A DNA stretch of 64,000 bases from Octopus sinensis. Taxonomy: Eukaryota. Every line of letters begins with the position of its first letter. Position 1 is the first letter of the stretch. Where the stretch lies: positions 1,178,001 through 1,242,000 of the forward strand of contig NC_043022.1 in assembly GCF_006345805.1 (NCBI RefSeq), in the 5' to 3' direction. Made by a program: the position numbers and the translations under genes. Positions 49,784 through 63,736 of this stretch are shown piece after piece. The notes beneath the pieces were generated by a model, which saw only the letters and a program-made list of their open reading frames with translations, did not search any database and was not told where the DNA came from.

Positions 49784-50018
49784 TTCACGCTGGACTTCTT
49801 TCTGATGATCTCGCTACTGATGTGCTCTCTCTCGATACCAAGCATTGACCTTTCCATGGCTCTTTGAGCCGTTAAGGCCTCCACGACAGTGGAGTTACGA
49901 TTTCAGGAGGACAATTGGGATCACGTGGATGAGAATGGCGCAATCCAGAGTGGAGTGGACAGCGTGCTGTGACCAGCGGTGTCAAATGGACGCCTGATGG
50001 ACTGGTCAGTCAAGGTGA
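49781..50018 (+). mobile_element. RTE-clade 3' fragment with 5' inversion, inside (TA)n
   Basis: - strand 49781-49873: AQRAMERSMLGIEREHISSEIIRKKSSVK; + strand 49872-49997: RPPRQWSYDFRRTIGITWMRMAQSRVEWTACCDQR..*. Confidence 0.75.
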
Positions 50019-50029
50019 TATATATATAT

Positions 50030-50062
<33 letters not shown>

Positions 50063-50072
50063 TATGTATGTA

Positions 50073-50298
50073 CAGTAATCCCTTGCTATAACGCGGTTCA
50101 CTAATTGCGTACTCAGTACATCCTGGTTCACCTATCAAGCACGCAGTATCTCACAGATTTTTCTGGCTGACATATGTAAATTTATATTCAACATCTCATG
50201 GGTTTCTGCAGGCAAAAGCAATTTATATTTTTTTAGATTTTAATTATTTCTGTGGGAGGTTTTCGAACCTAACACTTACGACAGCCGAAAGATTACTG
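50073..50298. mobile_element. Possible pogo/Tigger-like MITE
   Basis: TA|CAGTAATC ... GATTACTG short TIR; right TA absent. Confidence 0.45.
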
Positions 50299-50317
50299 GC
50301 TATTCTTTTATTCATTA

Positions 50318-51070
50318 TTCGTTTCAGTCATTTGACTGCTGCCAAGAAATCAACCCCAGGACTTATTCTTTGTAAGCCTACTACTTATTCTATCGGTCTC
50401 TTTTGCCAGACTGTTAAGTTATGGGGGATATAAACACACCAGCATCAGTTGGCAAGTGATGGTGGGGGAACAAACATAGACACACACACAAATATATACA
50501 CACATATATATATGATGGGCTTCTTTCAGTTTCCAACTACCACTCACAATGCTTTGGTCGGTCTGTGGCCATCATAGAAGATACTTGCCCAAGGTGCCAT
50601 GAAGTGGGACTGAACCCAGAACCATGTGGTTAGGAAACAAGCTTCTTACCTTGCAGGCATGTCATTTGTTTATTCTTTTAGTTGTTTCAGTTATTTGACT
50701 GTGGCCATGCTGGAGCATTGCTTTCAGTCGAACAAATGAACCCCAGGACTTATTCTTTGTAAGCCCAGTACTTATTCTATTGGTCTCTTTTGCCGAACCG
50801 CTATGTTACGGGGATGTAAACACAGCAGCATCGGTTGTCAAGCGATGTTGGGGGGACCAACACAGACACACAAACATACACACACACTTATTTATATATA
50901 CATATATACGACAGGCTTCTTTCAGTTTCCGTCTACCAATTCCACTCACGAGGCTTTGGTTGACCTGAGGCTATAGCAGAAGACACTTGCCCAAGGTGCC
51001 ACGCAGTGGGACTGAACCCGGAACCATGTGGTTGGTAAGCAAGCTACTTACCACACAGCCACTCCTACGC
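50318..51070 (-). mobile_element. Two adjacent SINE A copies (50318-50660 old, 50672-51070 younger)
   Basis: Family similarity. Confidence 0.8.
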
Positions 51071-52630
51071 ATCTGATCATTTATTTTTAGAATGATATTG
51101 TAGGGCAAGTATGAAAGGCTGGATGTGGCCAGTATGAATATAAAACAGGCAGGATATCTTGGCTGGATATGGGGTATGGCTGGTTTGAATGCTAAGGTGT
51201 TTATTTCTTTTAAAAGTCTGTGTATGATGAGAAATAATAGGGTATGGGGTGGGATGGGGGTTAAAGAAGAATCTGGTAGTGAAGCGAAGGGAAGGTGGGG
51301 AGCTGATTAATGTAAAGTTGGGTCAACTGGACCTTAAGTGGAGGAGTAGGTGGATGTGCAAGTGGTGGGGTGGCTTCTTGGAGGGAAAGATAAGCAGATT
51401 GAAGGTAATTTAGGCAGTAGTGAAGCCAGGAAGTTGGAAGATGAAAGGGTTGAAAGGTGGTAGTGGGTGGAAGTGGGTAGCAAGAGTCAACAAAGAGGTG
51501 GAGGTGGGCAGGTGGGTGATGGATGAATGGAGGGGGATAGGTGCCCCCCCCCCCGAAGGACATGTGGTGGGGATTGGTGGAAGCCAATGGATGAAGAGGG
51601 ACAGGTGCAGGGAGACGGGGTGGTGGGTGGAGGGAGGGAAACAGGTGGTGGACGGGGAGGGGGATGGAGGAGGAGGCAGGGTGGATAAAGGCCTGATGGA
51701 GGGGATGGTGGATAAGGGATGGGTGGAATCCTACAGGTGAAGGGGGATGGGTGGAAATTGGGCCTAAGAGTCAGTTAAATTGTTTGACAAGCTACTGTCA
51801 ACATTACTAGAAACAAAAGGTGATGGGCCGGTGATGGGCAAGGATGGAAAGTAAAAAAAAAGGCAGAGTTGTTTAAATAAGAGAAACCAGTAAACTTATG
51901 GAGTGGGGGTGGGAGTGGTGGAGGTGGGAACAGGAGGGGGTACATGGAAGCAGGGTGAGGAGTTAAACAAAAATAAAGCAAAAACATAAACATGTACATA
52001 TATATAAATAAAAAACAACTGGAAAAAAAATCAATAAAATAAATGAAACTGAAGGAAAAAAAATGTTAATTTCTAAAATTAGCACAAGGACACAAATTTC
52101 AGTAAGGGGTGGCTGTGGTGGTGGTGGTGGTGGTGGTGAGTTTGTATAGGGAGTGAATTTACCTCAGTTCATGACTGGTTGAGCGGAATTCTTTGGGGTT
52201 TGGATAATTCACCTTAGGAAACATGGGTGTTTCATTCAACATCCTTAAACAACCCTTATTCAAGGACCATTTGAGTAGGATAGGATACTCGACCTGAAGA
52301 AAATTCCAACTTAGCGGTTTGGCAAAAGGGACTAATAGAATAAGTCCTGGGGTTGATTTCTTCGACTAAAGGCGGTGCTCCAGCGTGGCCACAGTCAAAT
52401 GACAAACAAATAAAAGAATATGTATGTAGGTATGTTTATATGGTTTAACTGTAGTTAAAACAAGACAAAGACAGGTGAGGGAACAACTGTTTGATGCTGA
52501 GGAAAAATGGAACAGTCTTTGATGTTTCGAGCCTATGCTCTTTGACGGAAAGGAGAGAGAAAAAGAACGGAGGGAAAACAAAGAGCCTGGAATGCTTCAC
52601 ATGTTTATATATATGTTCCAGTTATATAAT

Positions 52631-52796
52631 AGGCGCAGGAGTGGCTGTGTGGTAAGTAGCTTGCTAACCAACCACATGGCTCCGGGTTCAGTCCCACTGC
52701 GTGGCATCTTGGGCAAGTGTCTTCTGCTATAGCCTCGGGCCGACCAATGCCTTGTGAGTGGATTTGGTAAATGGAAACTGAAAGAAGCCTGTCGTA

Positions 52797-52845
<49 letters not shown>

Positions 52846-53067
52846 GCGTGTGTGTTTGTGTGTCTGTGTTTGTCCCCCTAGCATTGCTTGACAACCGATG
52901 CTGGTGTGTTTATGTCCCCGTCACTTAGCGGTTCGGCAAAAGAGACCGATAGAATAAGTACTGGGCTTACAAAGAATAAGTCTCGGGGTCAATTTGCTCG
53001 ACTAAAGGCGGTGCTCCAGCATGGCCGCAGTCAAATGAGTGAAACAAGTAAAAGAGAGTAAAGAGAG
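52631..53067 (+). mobile_element. SINE A
   Basis: Family similarity. Confidence 0.88.
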
Positions 53068-53360
53068 TATACCAGTTGATCCAATCAATGGAACAGCCTG
53101 CTCATAAAATTAACATGTAAGTGGCAGAGTACTCCACAGACATGCGTACCCTTAACGTAGTTCCCATGGAGATTCAGCATGACATAGAATGTGACAAGGC
53201 TGGCCCCTTTGAAATATGGGTACTGACCGTTTTTGCCAGCTGAGTGGAATGAAGCAATGAGAGATAAAGTGTCTTGCCCAACGACACACGTCACTGGGAA
53301 TTGAACTCATGACCTTATTATCATGTGCCAAATATTGTAAGCCCTAAGTCATGCGCCTTC
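53068..53360 (-). mobile_element. SINE C body with D-like core
   Basis: Reverse complement of ~7990-8150. Confidence 0.7.
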
Positions 53361-53408
53361 ACTAAAAACTGGCTCTCTGTTGGTTATGACGACAAGGGTT
53401 CTAATTTA

Positions 53409-53528
53409 TCGGGGTCGATAATTTAAGTACCAGTTACGCACTGGGGTCGATATAATCGACTTAATCCGTGTGTCTGTCCTTGCTTGTCCCCTCTGTGTTT
53501 AGCCCCTTGTGGGTAGTAAAGAAATAGG
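53409..53528 (+). mobile_element. SINE E 3' half with Tx1-like tail
   Basis: ..GTCCCCTCTGTGTTTAGCCCCTTGTGGGTAGTAAAGAAATAGG. Confidence 0.85.
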
Positions 53529-53567
53529 GTTCTAATTGACCCAGTCACCTGAACGGTCTCTCTTTGA

Positions 53568-53766
53568 CTTGTTTCAATCATTTGACTGCGGCCATGCTGG
53601 AGCACCGCCTTTAATCGAGCAACTCGACCCCTGGGCTTATTTTTTGTAAGCCCAGTACTTATTCTATCAGTCTCTTTTGCCGAACCGCTAAGTGACGGGG
53701 ATGTAAACACACCAGCATCAGTTGTCAAGCAATGCTAGGGGGACAAACACACACACACACACACAC

Positions 53767-53812
<46 letters not shown>

Positions 53813-54245
53813 TATATACGACAGGCTTCTTTTAGTTTCCGTCTACCAAATCCACTCACAAGGCTTTGGTCGGCCCGAGGCTATAGTAGAAGACACTTGC
53901 CCAAGATGCCATGCAGTGGGATTGAACCCGGAACCATGTAGTTGGTAAACAAGCTACTTACCACACAGCCACTCCTGCTAGCGAAATTAACATGCAAGTG
54001 GCTGAGTACTCCACAGACACATGTACCCTTAACGTAGTTCTCAGGGATATTCAGTGTGACAAAGAGTGTGACAAGGCTGACCCCCTTTGAATTACAGGTA
54101 CCCCTCATTTTTGCCAGCTGAGTGGACTGGAGCAATAAAGTGAAATAAAGTGTCTTGCTCAAGGACACAACACACCAGCGAGAATTGAACTCACAACCTT
54201 ATAATTGCGAACTGAATGGTCTAACCACTAAACCACATGCCTTCA
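53568..54245 (-). mobile_element. SINE A (53568-53977) followed by SINE C/D (53978-54245)
   Basis: Family similarity. Confidence 0.8.
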
Positions 54246-54439
54246 CCTAGGCTTAGGCACGTGTGTATAATACATATATATGCATGTATTATACATGTGT
54301 GTGTATATATTAAGTACACCTCTGTGTACTGAGAGACCAGTTGTGTGACCAGAAGTGTGTAGTGATGGTTATCAATATGTTGTTATAGATATGTCATCAC
54401 CCATGCTAGCATATTCCACATTCTTTGTGTATATGAGTG

Positions 54440-54470
<31 letters not shown>

Positions 54471-54523
54471 ACATAAGCATGTATATATTTACGAATATAT
54501 AAGCGTAAACATATGGGTATATA

Positions 54524-54567
<44 letters not shown>

Positions 54568-55403
54568 CACACACATAACAAATGCATAATATGTACATAT
54601 ATACATGCATATAAATATATACACATATACAGATACATATGTGTGTATATAATATATATGCATATATATATATATATATATATATATGATTCAAATACAT
54701 ATACATGCATATATATAAATACATACATATCTTTATGTGTGTGTGTATACAAACACACACATGTATATGTCTATATATTTATATATATAAATATACACAT
54801 GCACACATAGATACACATACATACACAGTCTCACACACATACTCATATATATATATATATATATATTAAACACACACACACACAAATGAGAGTGAAAAAA
54901 AAGAAAAAGAAAAGAAAGAAGCAAGCAGTGAATCTGTTTATTTTTAGCAAAAATATACAAAGCCACCATTTCTTCCAGCAACATGTCACATTAGCATTTC
55001 AACTATTTCAAAGAATTTCATACAAAACCAACACCAAATTCTTCAAACTCAAACTCTGAGAGGGGTTAGAAATAACAAAAAAAAATATCAAAAAATCCCC
55101 CAAAATATCCCAAAGAAGTTAAATACGCTCCTACCTAGCACATATTTTTTAAAAAAATATACAATATGTATTTATATTATCCTGGTAAATATCACATCAA
55201 ACCTCCTGGAAGCCTTATCTGCCATGAGAGTATTACATAAATTGGCTTTGGCAGAGAGAAGGAATTCATGTAGGTCACCCATTTTCATCTGGTTAAGTTT
55301 ATATATATGTAAGTATGTGTGTGGTGTGTGTGTGTGTGTGTAAAGATATAATTATGTACGTATGTCTGTATCTATGTATCTATCTGTCCATATATATCTA
55401 TAT

Positions 55404-55619
55404 ACTCTTTACTCTTTTACTTGTTTCAGTCGTTTTGACTGTGGCCATGCTGGAGCACCGCCATTAGTCGAGCAAATCGACCCCGGGACTTATTCTTTGT
55501 AAGCCCAGTACTTATTCTATTGGTCTCTTTTGCCGAACCGCTAAGTGATGGGGACGTAAACACACCAGCATCGGTTGTCAAGCAATGCTAGGGGGAGAAA
55601 CACAGACACACAAACATAT

Positions 55620-55650
<31 letters not shown>

Positions 55651-55824
55651 CATATATATGACAGGCTTCTTTCAGTTTTCGTCTACCAAATCCCCTCACA
55701 AGACTTTAGTCAGCCCGGGGCTATAGTAGAAGACACTTGCCCAAGATGCCAAGCAATGGGACTGAACCCGGAACCATGTGGTTGGTTAGCAAGCTACTTA
55801 CCACACAGCCACTCCTGCGCCTAT
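55404..55824 (-). mobile_element. SINE A
   Basis: Family similarity. Confidence 0.88.
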
Positions 55825-55850
55825 ACATATACATATATATACATACATAC

Positions 55851-55898
<48 letters not shown>

Positions 55899-55907
55899 TA
55901 TATACAC

Positions 55908-55956
<49 letters not shown>

Positions 55957-55969
55957 TATATATATACAC

Positions 55970-56022
<53 letters not shown>

Positions 56023-56475
56023 CTCATCATCATCATCATCGTTTAACATCCGTTTTCCATGCTAGAATGGGTTGGACAGTTCAGCCAGGGTCTGGCAAGC
56101 CAGGAGGCTGCACCAGGCCAGTCTGATCTGGCAGTGTTTCTACAGCTGGATGCTCTTCCTAACGCCAACCACTCCATGAGTATAGTGGGTGCTTTTTACG
56201 TGCCACCAGTACAGGTGCCAGGTGAGGCTAGTAATGGCCACGATCGGTTGGTGCATTTTATGTGCCACCGGCACAGGTATCACAACTACAATTTCCATTT
56301 GATTTTTATTTGATGTTGATGTACTTGACTCAATAGGACTCCTGAAGCACAGCAGGTCACCCTACGATCCAAGGTAAGCACAGCAGGCCGTCCTGCGATC
56401 CAAGGTACTTTGGATGGGCTGGGGCTGCTATGTGAAACTGGTGCAGGAAACAGCCATGAACTCCCGTTATTTGTC
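56023..56475 (-). mobile_element. SINE B, extended form
   Basis: Family similarity up to ~56280; the remainder is less certain. Confidence 0.7.
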
Positions 56476-57211
56476 AGGTCTTCGCAGTCACAGCATATCT
56501 CCAGAGGTCTCGGTCTTTCGTCATTGCCTCTGTGAGACCCAATATGTATATATATTGCACACACACACAAACACATACAAACACATACACATACTAACAC
56601 ACACAGAGAAACTAACACACATAGACTAAACACACACACACACACACAGACTAACACATACACACATACACAGAGACTAACACACACACATAGACAAACA
56701 CACATGCATGCACATGTATATGCACACATTCGTACACTCATGCACTCATATGCACACACACATGTACATAAAAACAAAAGTGCACATGCACCGTGCACAC
56801 ACAAATATGCACACACATGTATACACTCACACACACACAAACTTCGTCAATCATGTAATTTGGCAGATAATTAACAATTCCTATTAAGAATGTAATTTGA
56901 CAGCAGTAAATATTTATCCTAGCCTTTAGTAGTCATTACATCTAGTTAATTTAGTCTTGTTAATTAAAATTAATTAATGATGCTCTTGTTAATTAAAATT
57001 GATTAATAATGAATTAGTTCAGCACCAATCATGGTTCTAGTCGAAAATCTGTTGGGTTCAAAAGGAAATTAAAAAATGGCCCATTCACCTGTTTTCTGTC
57101 AGTCCATCATCATCATCATCATTCATCATTCATCATCATTCATCATTCATCATCATTCATCATTCAACATCATCCTCATCACCATCACCACCACCACCAT
57201 CATTACCTATT

Positions 57212-57432
57212 TCTTTACTACCCACAAGGGGCTAAACACAGAGGGGACAAACAAGGACAGACAAAGGGATTAAGTCGATTATATCGATCCCAGTGCGTAA
57301 CTGGTACTTATTTAATCGACCCCGAAAGGATGAAAGGCAAAGTCGACCTCAGCGGAATTTGAACTCAGAACGTCAAGACAGACGAAATACTGCTAAGCAT
57401 TTCGCCCGGCGTGCTAACGTTTCTGCCAGCTA
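57212..57432 (-). mobile_element. SINE E full length with Tx1-like tail
   Basis: Reverse complement of 4256-4482. Confidence 0.88.
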
Positions 57433-57899
57433 CCATCATCTTCATCATTATTGCTTGATGTCTATTTGACAGGAGCTGGCAAGGCTGGAGGGCTACCCCA
57501 GGCTCCTAGTTGTCTGTTTTAGGCACGGCTCCTACAGCTGGATGCACATCCTGCGGCCAACCATTCTACAGAGCATACTCGGTGCTTTTTACAGGTTCTA
57601 TAGGACATGGCATGCATGTGGATGCTTGTTTATATAGCACTAGCATAGGTGCCTTTTCTGTGGAAGCAACATGGGGGCTTTATATATGGTACCAGCACAA
57701 GTGCTCATCATGTGGCTCCAGCATGGGCTTTTTATGTGGCACTGGTATGAGTGTTTCATATGAGACACTGGCATGGGTCATTTTGCATGGCACTGGAACA
57801 GGTACTTCATACATGTCCCCAGCAGGAGTACTTTTTACATGGCTCCTTACTTCATTAAGAATGCTACATGGCAGGAATTAGTACGTTGCTCTTTTTTTT

Positions 57900-58280
57900 T
57901 TAACCTGTTTCAGTCATTAGACTATGGCCATGCTGGGGCACCGCCTTGAATTTTTAGTCCAATGAATCAACCACAGGACTTATTTTTTATGCCTGGCACT
58001 TATTCGATCGGTCCCTTTTGCCGAACCGCTAAGTTATGGGGATGTAAACACACCAACTCTGTTTGTCAAGTGGTGATAGGGGGACAAACACAGATACATA
58101 CATAGGTATATATATAAATATGACAGGCTTCCTTTAGTTTCCGCCTACCAATTTCATTCACAAGGCTTTGATCAGCCTGAGGATATAGCAGATGACACTT
58201 GCCCAAGGTCCCATGCAGTGGGACTGAACTCAGAACCATGTGGTTGGAAAGCAAGCTTCTTACCACACAGCCTCTCCTGT
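57900..58280 (-). mobile_element. SINE A, diverged (further head piece at 59048-59200)
   Basis: Family similarity. Confidence 0.78.
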
Positions 58281-58291
58281 ATCTATCTATC

Positions 58292-58328
<37 letters not shown>

Positions 58329-58368
58329 GACAGGCTTTGATTTGTGTTTAGGTGGTGGTGGTGGTGGT

Positions 58369-58399
<31 letters not shown>

Positions 58400-58667
58400 A
58401 CGTAGTAGTAGTAGTAGTAAAGTCTGGGTATTCATTGCAACTTTTGAGTAGAAGTATATTCTGTGTCCAGAGCCAGATTAAGACCCATACAGGCCCTAAA
58501 CACAACAAAGGTTTTGGAGCCCCATCTCACCATCATCCTCATTATTTAGCATCTGTTGCCCAAGCTGGTGAGGGTTGGATGGCTTGACCAGGGGTGGTAA
58601 ACTCCCTAGCTTGCTAACTCAAGTGAAACTGTCCAACCCATACCCGCATGGAAAACAGCAGTTAAAG

Positions 58668-58943
58668 CAGTGTTTCCCAAAGTGGACAGTACTGCCACCC
58701 CGCTTGGGGTGGGGGAGTGTTACAGGAAAATGGGGCGATAATGGGGTGACCAATGGATGTAAAAAAACAAAAAAACAAACAAAATAAAGGGTTAATTATC
58801 TTAATTTTTCTCTGTGAAATACTATTGTTTTGAATTTGCTGCAGAAAATGGTTTATGTCTGTGATGGTGAGTTGGGGGAGGGCACCAGGAATGTGGCCCG
58901 AAAGCGAAAGGGGTGGCAACCTGAAAAAGCTTGGGAACCACTG
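58668..58943. mobile_element. hAT-like MITE nested in a SINE B 3' end
   Basis: AGTTAAAG|CAGTGTTTCCCAA ... TTGGGAACCACTG|GGTTAAAG (8-bp TSD, one mismatch). Confidence 0.82.
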
Positions 58944-59601
58944 GGTTAAAGGATGATGATAATGATGATAATCATTATGATGATGATGATGATGATGATA
59001 GTCATTCTGATGATGATGATGATGATCATGATCATGATGAAATACAACTGGCTTCTTTCAGTTTCCACCTACCAAATCCTCTCACAAAGCGTTGATTGGC
59101 TCGGTCAGGGTTTATATTAGAAGGCACATGTCCAAGGTACCATGCTGTGGGATTGAACTCAAGACCATGTTGTCGGGAAGCAAGCTTCTTACCACACAGC
59201 CCAATTTTTAAAGAATATTTCAGGTTTGACAGCATTGTTTATAATTACACACGAGGCTAACGACATGGTCATGTGATATTTCCATTTTATTGCTAACGAA
59301 CTTTAATTAGTGAGTCATGAAAAATTTTATATTTAAAAAGCCTGTTGCTAATGTGAAGAGTTTGGAAAGGTCTGTGTTGGTCGTTCTATGTGCAAGTTTC
59401 AAATCACACAAGGCTCTTTATCTTTGGTCTCTGGCGGTGGGGGAACGATAGATAAAGGAATAATAATTGGAGGGGGAGGGGAAGAATGACAGATAAATGA
59501 ATAATAATTAGAGGTGTGGGAGGGCGGGGGAATACAACTGAGAAGCAAAAGAACAATGTTAGTGAATGACTAATACTATCTTTTTCCTTTTTTTCATGGC
59601 A

Positions 59602-59691
59602 ATACACACACACACACACACACATACACACACATGCACACACACACACACACACATGCACACACACACACATGCACACACACACACACAT

Positions 59692-59724
<33 letters not shown>

Positions 59725-59915
59725 CACACACACACACACGCACACACACACACATGCACACACACACACATGCACACACACACACACGCACACACACACA
59801 TGCACACACACACACATGCACACACACACACACACACACATGCACACACACACACACATGCACACACACACATGCACACACACACACACACATGCACACA
59901 CACACACACACACGC
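59602..59915. repeat. (CA)n punctuated by TG/CG
   Basis: Direct reading. Confidence 0.95.
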
Positions 59916-60969
59916 ATATGCACACATTTATGCATTTGTTTTGCAAGATTCTTGATGTGAGATCGTGTGTTGAAACAAATATTATTACATTCAGGGATGG
60001 TCATTTTGTCAAAAAATTCATGCGCTATCTATTTGACCTTTAGTTTATTATTATTATTATTATAATTATTATTATTATAATTATTATTCTCATTATTGTT
60101 ATTAGTTTAATTATCAGAGTTTTTTTTGTCACGCATTCTGTGACCTCTTCAATGATGACCTGTTGTTCATGTTGCGTCTTCTCTTTGATCTGGTCCTGTG
60201 TTTTCCATCTTGTCTTTCTGGGGAATGCATCCTGATTGGCACATACATTTTCATCTGTATCTGTGTGCGTCATAGACACACACACACAAACAGATAGACA
60301 GAGAGATAGATAGATAGATTTATAGATAGAAGACAGACAGGCAGGCAGGCAGACAGACAGACAGACAGACAGATAGATAGATAGACAGACAGACAGATTT
60401 TGGCTTGGGTTTTATACCTGGATACCCTACCTAACACCAATCACTTTACAATGTGTGCTGGATGCTTTTAACATTGCATCATATATATATATATATATAC
60501 ATATACACATACACATATATGTATACATATATACATACACATACACACACATACATACATACATACATACACACACACATACATATCAACATACATACAT
60601 ACATACATAAATGTATATATGTATATATGTTGAGGCACAATAGCCAAGTGGTTAGAGCAGCAGACTCGCAGTTATGGGATCGCGGTTTCAATTCCCGTAT
60701 GGCTAGAGTCCAATGATAGAAACAAGTAAAATATAAAAGATTAAAAGCCATAACATTATGTTTTTGACACAATTAAAATCTTCTCAGTGCCCCACTGGGC
60801 CAATTTAATTTACAAATGCCAACCCTAACCCTAACCCCTAACTTAACCCTTAACCCATCCCCTAGGTATCAGGCCTTGTGCTTATTGTTTCTCTTTTGTC
60901 TTCTTATTTGGCACACTAATGATTCTGCCAGGTTGTTGCTCTAAATAATAATAATAATAATAATAATAA

Positions 60970-61337
60970 GGATTCTTTGGGGTTTGAATAATTCACCTCT
61001 GGAAACATGGGTGTTTCGTTCAACATCCTTAAACAACCCTTATTCGGGGACCTTTTGAGCGGGATGGGCTACTCAACCTGAAGAAAATTCTAACTGGGTC
61101 CCACCTGCAAGGTCATGTGCTGTTTATCTTGATATGAGATCACCATGTCGCGCACATATGGTTGTGATGCATGTGCCTGGTGTACCCTTATCAGACGGGT
61201 AGTCATGATGGGTATATTGGGCTTCGTATATTTTACCCCAGTGTCACTTTGATGGCATGCACTGCTCTCTCACTCAATAATAATAATAATAATAATGATA
61301 ATAATAATGATAATAATAATGATAATGATAATAATAA
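60970..61337 (+). mobile_element. Element F, (AAT)n-tailed retroposon (partial copy at ~52150-52310)
   Basis: Ends CTGCTCTCTCACTC(AAT)n; (AAT)n also at its 5' side. Confidence 0.7.
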
Positions 61338-61530
61338 TCCTTTCTACTAAAGGCGCAAGGCCTGAAATTTAGGGGTAGAAGATTAGTTGATTACATTGAC
61401 CCCAGTGCGTTACTGGTACTTAATTTATCGACCCCGAAAGGATGAAAGGCAAAGTCAACCTTGCCAGAATTTTAACTGAGAATGCTAAGTATTTCAGCCA
61501 GTCTGCTAATGATTCTGTCAGCTTGTCACC
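61338..61530 (-). mobile_element. SINE E, tail variant 2
   Basis: Tail AATTTCAGGCCTTGCGCCTTTAGTAGAAAGG(ATT)n on the - strand. Confidence 0.8.
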
Positions 61531-62024
61531 TTAATAATAACAATAATAATTTGCAACCCTCTTCCTTTCACCACACAAGCATTTTATAAGTGGTAATTAT
61601 AATTATCAGTAAAGTGTATGAAACTTAATCTTTGTTAATAATTTAATCAACATAATTTAATTATTTAATCCTGATCAATTTTCCTATATATCTGTCACCA
61701 ATGGTATTTACCCGACTGTTTCTCTGCTGGTGTGAAGAGAGGAAAGGAGGCCGTGGGTAACGGTGGGGAGTGGAGATGGAGAATGAGAAATGAAAAACCA
61801 CACGCAAATCATTTTTAAATCTAAAGAACGTTCTAGTATTTCTTTTATATCTTTGCCAATGGTGTCTTATATTTCAGACATTTTTGCAGCCCTCATCAAT
61901 TCAACAATAGAATGAGCAAGAAGGGGCCCAGCCGTTCCTTTCTGTTTGTGGTTCTTAATTGCATTATTTTCATGATTCGTTAAAGACGAAATAACAAACA
62001 TATTAGAGAGGAAATTTATTCATT

Positions 62025-62406
62025 TACTTGTTTCAGTCATTTGAATGTGGCCATGTTGGAGAAACGCCTCGAAGGGTTTTAGTCAAACAAATTAACCCCA
62101 GAACTTTTTGCTTCAGCCTAGTACCTATTCAATCAGTCTCTTTTGCTGAACCACTAAGTTACAGGGACATAAACACGCCAACACTGGTTGTCAAGTGATG
62201 ATTGGCGGGGGGGGGGGGAGGCAGAAACACAAAGATACACAGACACATATACAGCAGGCTTCTTTCAGTTTCCATTTACCAAATTCACTCACAAGGCTGC
62301 AGCCTGGGGCTATAGTAGAAGACACTTGATTAAGGTACTATGCAATGTGATATTGAACCCGGAACCATGTTGTAGGGAAGCAAGCTTCTTACCACACAGC
62401 CATGCC
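62025..62406 (-). mobile_element. SINE A, diverged
   Basis: Family similarity. Confidence 0.75.
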
Positions 62407-62656
62407 TGAAAATTAACAGAAATAAAAATAATGTTTGCCTTATCAAATTGTTTTAATATTTTATAGTGAGGCTTCTGCTGGGTTTGAAACCGTTTTGCTC
62501 ATATTCCCCAGTTTAGGACCACAGCCTCACTACATTGCCAGAAGGTCATATAGAAGAAATTAACTGTAACATTATAAAAAGGCTTTAATGCTTACATGAA
62601 TATGGTTTAACCAGTCAGATTGGATAGTATATAACCAAATGAGAGGTAGACTTTAA

Positions 62657-62877
62657 CCCTTTAGCATTTAAACGAGCCATATCCGGCCAAAAGTATTCTG
62701 CCTGTTTTATGTTCAAACTGCCCAGATCTGGTCTTTCACACCAGCCCTACAATATCGTTTGAAAAATTAACAGCTACAACATCAAAATCTCAAAGCTACA
62801 AGATAATGCCTGATTAGTTCGAAACAATGTGAATAAAGAGGTATTAATTTTGGCAGAATAATGCAAACACTAAAGGG
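62657..62877. mobile_element. piggyBac-like MITE
   Basis: TTAA|CCCTTTAG ... CTAAAGGG|TTAA. Confidence 0.8.
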
Positions 62878-63233
62878 TTAAATTAAGTTTTGTGAATTTC
62901 CCTATTAAACAGTTCTGCAGAAGGTTCTAGAGTTTTGACTGAGCAGGTGCTACACAGATCTCGATCTGTCAATTTTTTAATAAGGTGTTCTCAGTTTTTT
63001 ATTTATTCTACCGTAGGCTGCTGGTAGTAAGCTCACTACACATGCAAGACTCCAGGAGCTCCAACAAAACCTGTGATAAAGGGGAAAATAATAAAAATAA
63101 AAACAACAACAACAACAAAAGATTATTTGTTGTAGCCTGATGTTAGGATTTTTTTCTCTTCCAACAGTTCAGTGTGTATGAAATTAGTACTACTACTATT
63201 ACTACTGCTGCTGATAATAATAATAATAATAAT

Positions 63234-63270
<37 letters not shown>

Positions 63271-63366
63271 GAGCTTCTCTGCCCTAGGTATATGGAAAAC
63301 ACTCGGCAAGAAACGGAAGAATATTTTAGGAAAGAAGAAAAAAAATTAATAATAATAATAATAATA

Positions 63367-63578
63367 AAAATATTCAGACAAATACATAACAAAAACACCA
63401 GGACTTACAAACACATATAACATACAGAAAATTGCACTACTAGGCACTGCACACATCCTACGCAGAACACTTTCCATACAATAACCATCAGAGCACCACA
63501 ACAAATCACAGCACATACCCAAGGCACACAGAGCTGCGCTCGGTAGTGAAGCGAAAGCACACTATAAAAATAAAACTA

Positions 63579-63630
<52 letters not shown>
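63367..63630 (+). mobile_element. R4/Dong-type LINE 3' fragment with (AAT)n tail
   Basis: KYSDKYITKTPGLTNTYNIQKIALLGTAHILRRTLSIQ* (stop 63482), typical C-terminus of REL-endonuclease LINEs. Confidence 0.75.
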
Positions 63631-63633
<3 letters not shown>

Positions 63634-63736
63634 GAGCTTCTCTGCCCTAGGTGTATGGAAAATACTCGGCAAAAAACGGAAGAATATTTTAGGAAAGAAG
63701 AAAAACAATTAATAATAATAATAATAATAATAATAA

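Noticed and set aside
51200-51770. G-rich purine tract as gene or G-quadruplex element
   Set aside because: Looks like an old unclassified repeat; ORFs are compositionally biased and nothing specific can be supported
27959-60772. Long YIYI/LSIY/HTHT/CVCV/poly-P, -T, -G ORFs
   Set aside because: Translations of microsatellites; no coding evidence
26720-60860. TTAGGG/CCCTAA runs as telomere or interstitial telomere
   Set aside because: Only 2-4 units each, mostly embedded in transposon arms
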